From positions 24,924,001 to 24,988,000 of the forward strand of contig NC_043016.1 in the NCBI RefSeq assembly GCF_006345805.1: a stretch of DNA of 64,000 nucleotides, written 5' to 3'. This document shows positions 49,728 to 62,711 of the stretch, in pieces. This DNA is from Octopus sinensis. Taxonomy: Eukaryota. Below the pieces are notes generated by a model, which was not told the DNA's origin, ran no database searches, and saw only the letters and a list, made by a program, of their open reading frames with translations. Position 1 is the stretch's first letter; the number at the start of each line of letters is the position of its first letter. Position numbers and translations under genes: made by a program.

Positions 49728-50597
49728 ATATAACAATAATAATTTTAATCTTTTCTTTTTATATATAACTAGCAGTATAGCCCAGCGTTGCTCAGGCTTG
49801 TTTTCTTTTCAACTCTTTAGAATTGGAACTTTTGAAAAGTAAAAATTCTGCGTTATGTAGCTTGTTATTCTCTTTAAGTGAACATTTTTCTGGTTGAAAT
49901 ACACCAAAAAATTGATGACACAGCAGTCAAAAAATTGTGAAAACTAGGGATTTTCATAGAAAAAAGGCACCTTTTTGATGTAAACAATTTTTGGTGTTAA
50001 CATAGTCTGATTTGAATTTTTTCTTCTATGGAAGGAAGAGCAAGCCTTCTTCTATCATACTCTCAATTTTGGTCAATATGCGCTGCAGGGTCATGCAGGA
50101 GATAGTGTTAGTTGAAGGCTACCAAACCTGCCATACACAGACAACTTCAGCTTTATATATATATATATAGATAAAACTTTTAAAAATCCAATAGTGATGA
50201 TTTATTTTATTCTGTTTTAAAAAGTTAATGTTATTAACTTAGTTCCAAACATCGGTTTAATAATGACAGTTATAATTACTTTCAAAATTAATTGAAATAA
50301 ATAATAACAAGAGCACTCAGAGAGTGGAAATCTCCACCAAGGCAACACCAACATCCTCTCAATGGTTAGCCAGAGATGATTCTTAAAATTAGAATATCTG
50401 AAATAAAATTGACAGCTCTCACAAGCAAGAATACTAAAAATGAACCCGACCACTCTCAAAAATTAAGTTAAAACACAGGAAAAATAATCCAGATCCTTGT
50501 CTGGTACCGGATCAATCCCAAAATCTAATCAGTTCATGCCAGTCATGAGGCTAAAAATCCCTGAAAGTTTCATCCACATCCATCCAGTGGTTCTTGA

Positions 50598-51000
50598 GTT
50601 GGTGAGCTGGTAGAAGCATTAGAGCGCCAGGCAAAATGCTTAACGGTATTTCGTCTGCTGTTATGTTCTGAGTTCAAATTACGCCAAGGTTGACTTTGCC
50701 TTTCATCCTTTCGGGGGTTGATGTAATCGACTTATTCCCTTTGTCTGTCCTTGTTTGTCCTCTCTGTGTTTAGCCTCTTGTGGGTAGTAAAGAAATAGGT
50801 ATTTCGTCTGCCACCACGTTCTGAGTTCAAATTCTGCCAAGGTCAACTTTGCCTTTCATCCTTTTGGGGTCGATTAAATAAGTACCAGTTACACACTGAG
50901 GTCGATGTAATCAACTTAATCCGTTTGTCTGTCCTTGTTTGTCCTCTGTGTTTAGCCCTTTGTTGGTAGTAAAGAAATAGGTATTTTGTCTGTCTTTACA
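50598..51000 (+). mobile_element. SINE family b with an internal tandem duplication of body and tail
   Basis: ggtatttcgtctgc...gtaaagaaatag repeated twice plus a partial third start. Confidence 0.85.
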
Positions 51001-51010
51001 TCATTTTCTG

Positions 51011-51133
51011 GCTTACAGCCATATTACTTTGAAAACACCAGTTCTCATCCAATCACCGAAGTTAAGCAACGTCGAGCTTAGTTAGTACTTAGATGGGTGA
51101 CCACTTGGGAAACCTAGGTGCTGTAAAGTCTTT
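51011..51133 (+). rRNA. 5S rRNA: Dispersed 5S rRNA copy, probably a pseudogene
   Basis: GCTTACAGCCATAT...ATCACCGAAGTTAAGCAACGTCGAGC..GTTAGTACTTAGATGGGTGACC..GGGAA..GGTGCTGTAAAGTC-TTT; about 120 nt; several CpG-type changes relative to the invertebrate 5S sequence as recalled. Confidence 0.9.
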
Positions 51134-51140
51134 CTATTAT

Positions 51141-51532
51141 AGGTGCAGAAGTGGCTGTGTGGTAAGTAGCTTGCTTACCAACCACATGGTTCTGGGTTCA
51201 TTCCCACTGTATGGCATCTTGAGCAAGTGTCTTCTACTATAGCCTTGGGCCGACCAAAGCCTTGTGAGTGGATTTGGTAGACAGAAACTGAAAGAAGCCC
51301 GTCGTATATATGTATGTGTGTATATATGTATGTGTGTATATATGTTTGTGATTGTCCCCACAACATCGCTTGACAACCGATGGTGGTGTGTTTACATCCC
51401 CGTAACTTAGTGGTTCAGCAAAAGAGCCTAAGTGCTAGGCTTCCAAAGAAATAAGTCCTGGGGGCAATTTGCTCAACTAAAGGTGGAGCTCCAGCACGGC
51501 CACAGTCAAATGACTAAAACAAGTAAAAGAAA
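51141..51532 (+). mobile_element. SINE family a
   Basis: Full-length match to the family. Confidence 0.9.
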
Positions 51533-52060
51533 AAAATATATCTTTCCCATGGACAAACAACAAACAAACAAACATGACTGAAAACAATACCTCCACCTTA
51601 GCGAAGGCAGAGGTAATAATGAGCTTTGTTTATACAGTGCTTAGATGCACTACAACTCATCAGAATAGGAGACAGAAAGCAGTAATAAGTGAAGTAAAGA
51701 AAGACAGCAATGATAGCTAAAACTACAATGTGGAGTACAAAATAAGATAGAAAAATAAAGAAAAATGAACAGTAAGAGAGCCATAAAAAAGAAAGGGTGT
51801 ACAGACATAACAAGGGTAGTATTGGTGAATTTGGAGAATATAGAATATTTGAAGGAGGCAGTGTTCCGACAGCTAATAATGATACAGATAGTTAATTCCA
51901 TGTTCCATCAATTCTGAACATGAAAAGATGCAGTGTATTTTAACAGAAACAGGTAACAAAAGTCAGAAAAATTTAATATCAGTTTGTTTATATATAAAAA
52001 TGAATTAAAGGTAATACTTATATTACTTCATCATAATCCTTATTATTAGTGTGTGTGTGT

Positions 52061-52632
52061 GTGCAGGTGTGGCTGTGTGGTAAGGCAGCGAGCTGGCAGA
52101 AATATTAGTATGCCAGGCGAAATGCTTAGCGGTATTTCATCTGCCGCTACGTTCTGAGTTCAAATTCCGCCGAGATCGACTTTGCCTTTCATCCCAGTTA
52201 CGCACTGGGGTCAATCTAATCAACTTAATCCCTTTGTCTGTCCCTTCTATGTTTAGCCCCTTGTGGGTAATAAAGAAATAAGAAGCTTGCTTCCCAATCA
52301 CATGGTTCAGCATTCAGTCCCACTGCATTGTACTCTGGGCAAGTGTCTTCTCCTATAGCCTCAGGCCAACCAAAGTAAGTGGATTTTGATAGATGGAAAC
52401 TGAAAGAAGTCTGTCATATATGTGTGCGTCTCTTTGTCCTCCACCTCCACCTGACAACCGGTGTTGGTTTGTTTGCATCCCTACAACTTAGCAGTTCTGC
52501 AAAAAGAGACTGATAGAATAAGCATTGGGCTTAAAAAGATAAAAAGTTCTGGGGTTGATTCATTCAACTAAAATTTCTTCAAGGTAGCACCCCAACATAG
52601 CCACAATCTTATTGACTGAAACAGATAAAAGA
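52061..52632 (+). mobile_element. SINE family a with family b nested in its head (52082-52280)
   Basis: ggctgtgtggtaag | family b | aagaagcttgcttccc. Confidence 0.85.
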
Positions 52633-52779
52633 AAACATAATAATGTTTCAAAAAGTTTCATAACACATTTTTTTTTTTTGTTTTGCTGATTATTCATTGT
52701 GCCATGGATTGAAACCAGTTTAAAATCGTTGATCTAGCATGGATTATGCCAGTCTTAACTGAACTTTATTTGTCTTCAC

Positions 52780-53175
52780 ATGTTGTGTTATTGCGACCCC
52801 CTTCGGTCATGACTGACCATGGGATTGCACCTAGAAAGTTACCCTCCCAGGCACAAGTCCAGGCAAGGTTGTTTATGGAAGACCAGCAGTCGCCCACGCA
52901 TACCAGACTCCCCTCTCCACGCCACCAGTGTTATCCAAGGGAAAGGCAAAGGCCGATACAGCTTGGCTCCTGTGACATCGCAGCTCATTTATAAATGTGC
53001 AAGTGGCTGAGCACTCCACAGACAAGTGTACCCTTAACATAGTTCTTGGGGAGATTCAGAGTGACAAGACTGGCCCTTTGAAATACAGGTACAACAGAAA
53101 CAGGAAGAAAGAGTGAGAGAAAGTTGTGGTGAAAGAGTACAGCAGGGTTCACCACCACCCCCTGCCAGAGCCTCT
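52780..53175 (-). mobile_element. Adjacent family d and family c-related SINE fragments
   Basis: Matches 49415-49600 and 29055-29140. Confidence 0.65.
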
Positions 53176-53455
53176 TCACAAAAGGCTATAAAAATCTAAA
53201 AACTGAAAAGCAACACTGTCATTGAAGACGGCACACTGCCACCATCGCCACCCCTGCGCATACATACACATACTCAAAATGAAACATAAACAAACAAAAG
53301 CATTTGCAAATATGTGGAGCAAAGTTTGTCATTGCAGAAAGCCTCAACTGATGTAGTTCCAGCTGTTATTCCATCCAATGTTTGTCTTCTATACTGTAGT
53401 GACTCAAACAGTTTGACAGGATATTACAATTCTAAGGATTGCATCATGCTCAGCT

Positions 53456-53657
53456 CTCTTACTCTTTTACTTGTTTCACTCATTTGATTGTGGTCATGCT
53501 GGAGCACCGCCTTTAGTTGAGCAAATCAACCCCAGGACTTATTCTTTGGAAGTCTAGTACTTATTCTATCGGGCTCTTTTGCCAAACCGGTAAGTTACAG
53601 TTGACGTAAACACACCAGCATCGGTTGTCAAGCGATGTTGGGGTGACAAACACACAC

Positions 53658-53704
<47 letters not shown>

Positions 53705-53850
53705 CAACGGGCTTCTTTCCATTTCTGTCTACCAAATCTACTCACAAAGCTTTGGTCGGCCCAAGGCTATAGTAAAAGACACTTGCCTAAGGTGCCACAC
53801 AGTGGGACTGAACCCGGAACCATGTGGTTGGTAAGCAAGCTACTTATCAC
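53456..53850 (-). mobile_element. SINE family a
   Basis: Full-length reverse complement. Confidence 0.9.
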
Positions 53851-54057
53851 AAAGTCTACTTTGTTGTGATTTCTAAGGCTGGATGTCCTTCCTAACATCA
53901 TCCACTTTACATAATGCACTAGACACTTCTTCAGTCGCTATCACTAGCACCTTAGCCATGTAGCACATGAAACTAAAACTCTCCTTGAGTCTTAGTCTTC
54001 AGTGATACCACAGTAGAGTGTGAAATGCCTTTATTGGTATGTGAAAAAAGGCTAAAG

Positions 54058-54341
54058 CATTGGTTCTCAACTAGGGTCCACATGACCTTTGGGGGTTCAT
54101 ATAAGGCTGTGTTGCTGAAATTTATGAGCAATAAATTGGTTATAGTTCAACAATACACAAAATGTTAATTTTTTTATACAATTCCTAAAAATATTTAGCT
54201 CCAGCATAATCATAGCTCATGAGCTAAAACCAATTCAAGTCAATTCATAAAAACAGAATAGGATTTTTACAACATGGGAGACCAATAAAATAAAACAGAG
54301 ATCAAAGGGACCCATAGATAAAAAATGGTTAAGAACCACTG
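54058..54341. mobile_element. hAT-type MITE (284 bp)
   Basis: TIRs CATTGGTTCTCAAC / GTTAAGAACCACTG; 8-bp flanks ggctaaag / agttaaag; 3' part re-copied at 54570-54655. Confidence 0.8.
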
Positions 54342-55045
54342 AGTTAAAGTATGAAAGAAGGGGCCAGACAGAACAGCTTTTTTATGTTTTTTTTTTTGCT
54401 ATAGAGGGGCCCCTACATGTACAATGATACCTAAAACACATCCAGACAGCAACAACATCTCAAAACAACGCTCCCTCCCATTTATTTCAGATATGTCACC
54501 AACACCCTTGAATGCTACTACTGCAAAACCAACAAGGCACCTCTACACCTCTTTTAATCACACCTGACTTCAATTCAATTCATAATAGGATTTTTTCAAC
54601 ATGGGGGTCCAATAGAATAAAACAGAGATCAAAAGGGATCCATAGGTAAAAAAATCCTTTTAATCATAACTGACCGTATATATCTATATGAGGAAGGAAG
54701 GAAGGGAGGAAGATAATGTGGTCTCAAAATACACTGAATAAAGACAGGATAGTCACAACTGCAACACTTTTCATCACAGATCCACTGGATTAGGACTTAC
54801 CTGGTGCTAACAAATAATGATCTCTACATTCACATGTGTACATACACACACCCATGAGTGGGTAAACCAACAAAAGAAAATGGTACACAACATGTATGGT
54901 TGGAGTTACATACATTTAATAACAGGCTGACTCAGCTCCACAAAACTTAAAGAGACACGCCCACAAAACTTAAAGTAATGTGGAGCTGAATAAAACTGCT
55001 ATTATACACACATTATGTGTGTATGTGTTTGACATTATTACCTAC

Positions 55046-55430
55046 AAGCACAGGCATGGCTATGAGGTAAGAAGCTTACTTCCCAACTACCTTGTTCCAG
55101 GTTTAGTCCTACTGTGTGGTACCTTGGGCAAGTGTCTTCTGCTATAGCCTCGGGCCAACCAAAGCCTTGAGTGGATTTGATAAATGGAAACTGAAAGAAG
55201 CTCATCATGTGTGTGTATGTCTTTGTATCTCTGTTTGTCCCTTCTTTGACAACTTGTGATGATGTGTTTATGCCCCCATAACTTAGCAGTTCAGCAAAAG
55301 AGATGGATAGAATAAGTACCAGATTAAAGAAAAAAAAAGTACTGGGTCAATTCACTCAACTAAAAATTCTTGATGACAGTGTTCCAGCATGGCTACAGTC
55401 TAGTGATTGGAACAAGTAAAAGATAAAAGG
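55046..55430 (+). mobile_element. SINE family a, older copy
   Basis: Family match. Confidence 0.85.
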
Positions 55431-55738
55431 TAAGCCAGGCATGGGTAACTTTTTCAAAGAAGTAGGCTACCTGAGATAGAGTTTGCCATTAGGTGAGTCA
55501 CATAATTCAAGGAAAATCTTTTTGTTAGAGTGTGCCATTCAAAAAGTCCCTCTCGCAGGCCATAGGTTACCCATGATTAGCCTAAGCCAATGAAAGATGT
55601 CTATCTATGTGATTGCTTGATTTCAAAGATATAGCAGTTAAATCTCTCTCAATTTGCAAAGCCTGAGGAACAGATACTTTACACAATGTAGTACCTTATT
55701 AGGAGAAAGAGAGAAAAAAAAAAAGACAAGTTGATCAT

Positions 55739-56130
55739 AGGCACAAGTATGGCTGTGTGGTAAGAAGCTTGCTTCCCAACGACAGGTTCCATGTTCAATC
55801 CCAGTCTGTGGCATCATGGGCAAGTGTCTTCAACTATAGCCTCAGATTGAGAGCAGATTTGATAGACAGAAACTGAAAGGAGCTCCACACACATACACAC
55901 ACCTGTGTGTGTGTGTGGTTTTGTATCCATATTTTTCCCCACCATGCTTGGCAACTGGTGTTGGTGTGTTTATGTCCTGTAACTTAGCAATTCAGCAAAA
56001 GAGACTGATAGAATAAGCATCAGGCTTAAAAAAAAAGTATTGGAGTCAATACATTCAACTAAAACAATTCTTCAAGGCAATGCCCCAGCATGGCCACAGT
56101 CTAATCATTGAAACAAATAACAGATACAAG
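55739..56130 (+). mobile_element. SINE family a, older copy
   Basis: Family match. Confidence 0.85.
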
Positions 56131-56694
56131 ATAGCTGGAATACTCTGACAACAAGTCAGCTTACCTGGGGTTAAACAACAACAAAATAAGTTTAATGCTG
56201 ACAAAGTATTAACAATAAAGACAAATACATTCTTTTGGTCTTAAACTTGGAATTTATTTATCACAGAATACAGTTTCCATATAATTCTGTTTTGTAGATA
56301 TATGTTTTTTTTTTTATATATATTTTATTTTTCAGACACAAACTTACAAGCATTTGTTTAAAAAAAAAAAAATCACATCCTTCCAAAGAGTGTCTCCTGA
56401 CTTTTGAATGACACATTGACAGTGGAAGTTGTTTTACTTTGTGCAATATGAAAATTATACAGAATATTGAATTGAAGAACACACAAAGCTTAGACCAGAA
56501 CGGATTAAAAACATTTTTGTAACATGTCAGGAAGCAGAATTTTATTAAGGCAATTCATTTTTAAAACTGACACAAAAAAAAAAAAATATATATTTTATAT
56601 ATGTATATACATATAGATCATATATATATATAACGATATGCGTGTTGTGTGTGTGTGTGTGTATGTATGTGTGTATATAAATATATATATATAT

Positions 56695-56828
56695 AGGAGT
56701 GGCTGTGTGGTAAGTAGCTTGTTTACCAACCACATGGTTCCGGGTTCAGTCCCACTGTGTGGCACCTCGGGCCGACCAAAGCCTTGTGAGTGGATTTGGT
56801 AGACGGAAACTGAAAGAAGCCTGTCCTA

Positions 56829-56887
<59 letters not shown>

Positions 56888-57125
56888 GTGTGTGTTTGTG
56901 TGTGTGTTTGTGTGTCTGTGTTTGTCCCCCTAGCATTGCTTGACAACCGATGCTGGTGTGTTTATGTCCCCGTCACTTAGCAGTTCGGCAAAACAGACCG
57001 ATAGAATAAGTACTGGGCTTACAAAGAATAAGTGCCAGGGTCGAGTTGCTCGATTAAAGGCGGTGCTCCAGCATGGCCGCAGTCAAATGACTGAAACAAG
57101 TAAAAGAGTAAAAGAAAGTAAAGAG
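56695..57125 (+). mobile_element. SINE family a, young CpG-rich copy
   Basis: Family match retaining many CpG. Confidence 0.9.
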
Positions 57126-57679
57126 TATATATATATATATATATATATAATTTATGTGTGTATGTTTGTATATATATATGTATTATGTATGTATAAATAC
57201 ATATAAAATAATCATGTTAGTGGCAAGCAATTTCAATGAGCAAAAGAATATGTAAAGGTTATATTCTAAATATTGAGCAGAAAAAGGGAGAATTTTGAAG
57301 GGTTTTTTTTTTTTTTTGCAAAGTTTTAGGGAAACGAGGTGTGAGTGTGTGAGTGAAAGAGACAGAGAAAAATATCGTATGGATGAAACCACAAAATTGG
57401 TCTTGGTTTATAACTGTGACATGATGAAAGTGCCTACTTCTTCGTAAGCCTTCTGGCAAGACTTCTCAAAGATGCCTGAAAATAGAATGAAAACAGATTC
57501 TTTTAAATAATTTCAAACCCATATATTTTGGAGGGAGAGTAACGAGGATTATATCAACCCCCACCTACACTTAATACTTGAATAAGTACTTTATCTTACC
57601 CTGAACAATGACAGGCAATAATAATAACAACAATAATAATAATAGTAATTGTCATTAAAAAAAAAAACAAAAAAAAATA

Positions 57680-58083
57680 GTAATCCCTTTTACTATAGGT
57701 ACAAGGCCTGAAATACTGTGGAGAAGGGGCTGGTTGTTTACATCAATCCCATTACTTGGCTGGTACTTATTTTGTTGAACGCAAAACAGTGAAAGGCAAA
57801 GTAAACCCTGGTAGGATAATAATGATAATAATAAAGATAATGGTTTCAAATTTTGGCACACGGCCAGCAATTTCAAGGGAGGTTAGTCAAATATATCAGT
57901 CCAATATTTAACTGGTAGTTATTTCATTGATCCCAAAAGGAGATCAAAGGGAAAGTCAACCTCAGAAGAATTTAAACTTAGAATGTGGAGACAATTGAAA
58001 TACTATACTAAGTATACTAAGTATCCTAATGATTCTGCTACCATGCCACCTTCATAATGATGATGATAATAATAATGATAATT

Positions 58084-58132
<49 letters not shown>

Positions 58133-58333
58133 CCTTTCTATTATAGACACAAGACAATTTTGTGGGAGGGGACTAGTCAATTACATCAACCCCAGTGTTT
58201 CACTGGTACTTAACTTATTGACCCCGGAAGAATGAAAGGTAAAGTCAACCTCGGTGGAATTTGAACTCAGAACGTAAGGACAGATGAAATACTGCCAAGC
58301 ATTTTGCCTAGCATGCTAATGTTTCTGCCAGCT
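57680..58333 (-). mobile_element. Cluster of three SINE family b copies (tail types ii, iii, ii) separated by (TAA)n
   Basis: 57680-57815, 57840-58052 and 58131-58333. Confidence 0.8.
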
Positions 58334-59829
58334 GATAATAATAATAATAATAATAATAATAATTCGTGCAATCTGTAAAGACCACAAAATTCCGAGTTCT
58401 ATTTCACTCTGACACATGATATTTTTGGCAAGTCCACCATGTGTATGTGTGAGACTATATCACTGTTCACTTCCTGTGCACACTTTATGTACTTTTCATG
58501 CAGTTTTGGTTACTTTTTCTGAGGAGTTGTAGTGCACCTGAGAGCTGTATACAATAAGTTCATTATAATATCATAATCTATCTATCTCTATCTATCTATC
58601 TACCTATCTCTATCTATATATCTATCTACCTATATATATATATATATATAACCTATCTCTCTCATATATATATATGTACATAACAGTGGTTTAAGAAGCT
58701 TGCTTCCCAACGTGGCATCTTGGGCAAGTGTCTTGTCTTCTGCTGTAGCTCCATCTAACCTGGATGATCATAACCCATCCAAACCACGACAGTACAGAAA
58801 GCAAGCATAGATTGATGTGATGATGATCCTACCTTCTGATATACAAGTCTAAAATAGCTTCAGTATTTTTTTTTAAATGTTAAGGAAAAAAGAAAGAAAA
58901 AGAATCCAAATGATGATGATGATGATGATGATGATGCCCATGGCGGCGATTTCCACAACAGTTCTGAATTGAATTATAATATAATAAATTAGCTCAGTAC
59001 AGAACTGGTTGGTGGTGGCGATGGTGATGATGAAAACCACTACCACCATATCATCCCCACCGCTGCCGCCACCATTCATTAATCAGTATCATGATGATGA
59101 CAATGATTCTCATTTTAGCATTGAGCTCCAGATTGAATGACGAAGTACAGCCAGTTAACTACGTAACTGGAGCTCGTGTCATCAAAGCGAGTTAAACCCA
59201 GTGGAATATGAACTTAGCAAGGGAAATAACCCACGATTGCAAGATACTTTTGCTTGGCTTTTTCGTATTTAATTTATTTTATTTATTTATTAGTTTCAAT
59301 CTTTGATTCATCTAACAATAATAATCTTTTCTACTATAAGCACAAGCCCTGAAATTCTGGGGGAGGTGGGGGGGGACTAGTTGATTACATCGAATCCAGC
59401 ACTTCTACTGCCTCTTATTTTAGGCAAAAATCAACCTCGGCAGAATCTACTATAATAATACCCATGTTTTTCTCCATCACATCATCATCATCATTTAATG
59501 TCTGCTTTCCATGCTAGCATGGGTTGGACGATTTGACTGAGGACTGGTGAACCAGGTGGCTGCACCAGGCTCCAATCTGAATCATTAGAATAAGAAAGGA
59601 AGGGGTGATAGATGATATGTAAAAGGACGGTGTGTGTGTGTGCAATGGAAGTGGGATGGCAAATATCCAATGCTGAAAAGAAAAAAAATCAAACAGCATT
59701 TCAACTGTGTGAATATGTGTGTGTATGCGTACAAGGGAAGTGTGTGTATGTATGTATGTATGTATGAATGAGCCAGCATTCTTTCAGTAACAAACAATGA
59801 TTGTTGTGACACATCTCAAAAGACAACCA

Positions 59830-60238
59830 CTTGATAACATTGACAAGTGTATTAATTTGATTTACCATCCACATTCTATCTTTTGTCCTTATTTAAATAT
59901 GAAATACTACAATTAACCATCTTACAAACAATAACTCTGAACACCTTTTCAAACTCCACCTGTCTAACACCCATGGACATGTTTACAAAGTCAGAAAAAC
60001 AGTACAGCTCCCATGACTTTCGGAAACATTTTTTCACACTAAGAGTTGCTGAAGCATGGAACAAACTGTCGGCATCAGTTGTTAGTTGTCGGAGCACTGC
60101 ATCCTTCAAAACTTCCATGCTTCCTGAGATTCGCCAACACTACGTCTGATTTTCTCCCCTTCCATACACATGCAAGCATGGATCTGACTCATACACTGTT
60201 CACTTTCTAGACATTTGTACATTACTGCATATGCTTTA

Positions 60239-60268
<30 letters not shown>
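59830..60268 (+). mobile_element. CR1-type LINE 3' end with (ATT)n tail
   Basis: FRKHFFTLRVAEAWNKLSASVVSCRSTASFK (ORF 59883-60149). Confidence 0.85.
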
Positions 60269-60270
<2 letters not shown>

Positions 60271-60415
60271 CATTTTTGATGGCATGGGACCAGCAAGTTT
60301 GAACATAAAGCTGGAAGAAATGCTGCAAAGTATTTTGTTCAGGGTTTTAAAAACAATTTCTAACTTCCACAAATAATTGGATGGTTGATTTCACCAATCA
60401 CTCTAAATCAGCGGT

Positions 60416-60793
60416 TACTCTTTTACTTGTTTCAGTCATTTGACTGTGGCCTTGCTGGAGCACCGCATTTAGTCGAGCAAATCGACCCCAGGACTCATTC
60501 TTTTTAAGCCTAGTACTTATCCTATTAGTTTCTTTTGCTGAACCGCTAAGTTACGAGGACGTAAACACACCAGCATTGGTTGTCAAGCGATGTTGGGGGG
60601 ACAAACACATACACATCCATATATATATACACATACACACACACAAATATACAACGGGCTTCTATCAGTTTCTGTCTACCAAAGTCACTCACAAAGCTTT
60701 GGTCGGACACTTCCCCAAGGTGCCACGCAGTGGGACTGAACCTGGAACCATGTGGTTCGTAAGCAAGCTACTTACCACACAGCCACTCCTATG
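60416..60793 (-). mobile_element. SINE family a
   Basis: Family match. Confidence 0.9.
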
Positions 60794-60796
60794 CCT

Positions 60797-61091
60797 TAAT
60801 GGTTCTTAACCATTTTTTTTTTTTATGGATCCTTTTGATTACTATTATTTTATTCTGATGGACCCTCATAGGCATTCAATGTTTAAAAACTAGTTTTATA
60901 GAAACTTCTTTCAAAATTCCTTTATTGTTTCTTGCACTACATACCAATACATACATCCATCTCAAACAAAATTTTTTCAGAGGCCCTTAAAATACTATTG
61001 CAGATCTCCGATTTACTATTTTGTTGAGCGGATCTCCGACAATTTTATATGGACCCTCAGGAGGCCATATGATCCGTGGATGAGAATCACT
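60797..61091. mobile_element. Older hAT-type MITE related to 54058-54341, opposite orientation
   Basis: Ends taatggttcttaacc / ggatgagaatcacta. Confidence 0.6.
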
Positions 61092-61369
61092 ACTCTACAT
61101 CATATATAAAGAGGAAGGGGTAGAGAGTAAAAAGGGAGATACAGACAGAACCAAAATAAGAGGTGCAGGTTGAGTGCACATACTAGTTTTGTTGACAGGC
61201 AATGAGTAAAAGAACACCACAAACTGTGAGAGAGAAGGAATTGTAGAGGAATAGGATGAGGAGGAGAGGGAGTAAATGACAGACTTGTTAAGTGAGGAGT
61301 TATACAGAAGAGAAATTTGTTTCATTTTATTTCATTTTAAAGTAAATATTTTTCTTCTGAAAGAGCGGA

Positions 61370-61880
61370 ACAAAGCCTTGAGTGGATGTGGTAGATGGAA
61401 ACTGAAATAGGGCGGCAAGCTGGCAGAATCGTTAGCACGCTGGACGAAATGTTTAGCGGTATTTCGTCTGCCGCTACGTTCTGAGTTCAAATTCTGCCGA
61501 GGTTGACTTTGCCTTTCATCCTTTCGGGGTCGATTAAATAAGTACCAGTTACACACTGGGGTCGATGTAATCGACTTAATCCGTTTGTCTGTCTTTGTTT
61601 GTCCCCTCTGTGTTTAGCCCCTAGTGGGTAGTAAAGAAATAGATAGATGGAAACTGAAAGAAGCCCATCATGTGTATATGTGGTTTTGTCCCCCCCACCA
61701 CCACTTGACAACCAGTGTTGGCGCTTTTACGTCCCTGTAACTTAGCTGTTTGGCAAAGGAGGCCAATATAATAAGTACCAGGCTTCAAAAAATAAGTCCC
61801 AGGGTCAATTTGTTTAACTAAACCCTTTGAAGTGGTGCCCCAGCATGGCCGCAGTCAAATGACTGAAACAATAAAAAATA
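61370..61880 (+). mobile_element. SINE family a 3' part with family b inserted (61408-61643) and a 16-bp TSD
   Basis: tagatggaaactgaaa at 61392-61407 and 61644-61659. Confidence 0.9.
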
Positions 61881-61959
61881 AAAGATATGCCATATTTCCT
61901 GATATTATCTGTGGTCACAAAAGTATACTTCCAAAGTTATCCATATTATGTTGTCTTTT

Positions 61960-62345
61960 ATTTGTTCCAGTCACTGAATTGTGGCCATGCTGGGGCACCA
62001 TCTTGAAAGGTCTAATCAAACAAATCAACCCTGGTACTTACTTTTTAAGTTTGGCAATTATTCCACTGGTCTTCTTTTTTTTTTTTGCCAAATCACAACT
62101 AAGTTATAGGGACATAAACCAACCAACACCAGTTATCCAACAGTGGAAACAGGACTCACAAACATACACACACACACACACAACAGGCTTTTGCACAGAT
62201 ATTGTCTACCAAATTCACTTACAAGGCATTGGTTAGTACAAGGCTATAGTAGAATAAACTTGCCAATGTGCCATACAGTGTGATTGGACCCGAAACCATA
62301 TGACTGCAAAGCCAGTTTCTTATCCACACACCTGTTTGTGCCTAT
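61960..62345 (-). mobile_element. SINE family a, old copy
   Basis: Family match, diverged. Confidence 0.75.
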
Positions 62346-62467
62346 ATGGCAGGTAACATTCTAGTAAATCGTAAGTATATATAGCAATACATGAGTAGTG
62401 AATGCAGAGGAAGTGTGAAGCTAGAGTGAAATGAAGGTAAGATTCTTCACAAGATGGTTATGCAATA

Positions 62468-62682
62468 TTGGCTTCAAACTTTGGCACAAGGCCAGGAAGT
62501 TCAGAGGAGAGAGCTAGTTGATTACATCAACCCCAGAGTTCAACTGGTATTTATTTTATTAACCCTGAAAGGATGAAAGGCAAAGTCAACCTTGGTGGGA
62601 TTTGAAATCAGAATGTAAAAATGGACGAAATTCCAGTATGCCTTCTGCCCAGCATACTAAGAATTTTGCAAGTTTGCCACCT
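62468..62682 (-). mobile_element. SINE family b, tail type iii
   Basis: tggcttcaaactttggcacaaggcc... as at 57841. Confidence 0.8.
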
Positions 62683-62711
62683 TAGATGGATGTTATTAAT
62701 TTCAAATTTTT

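Larger units (their letters stand above)
50306..51620 (-). mobile_element. Second HINE copy, split by a block of about 940 bp (SINE b, 5S, SINE a)
   Basis: Left part ends ggttcttgag (50597) and the right part resumes atatctttcccatgg (51537); hairpin ACCTCCACC-TTAGCGAA-GGCAGAGGT at 51589-51614. Confidence 0.75.
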
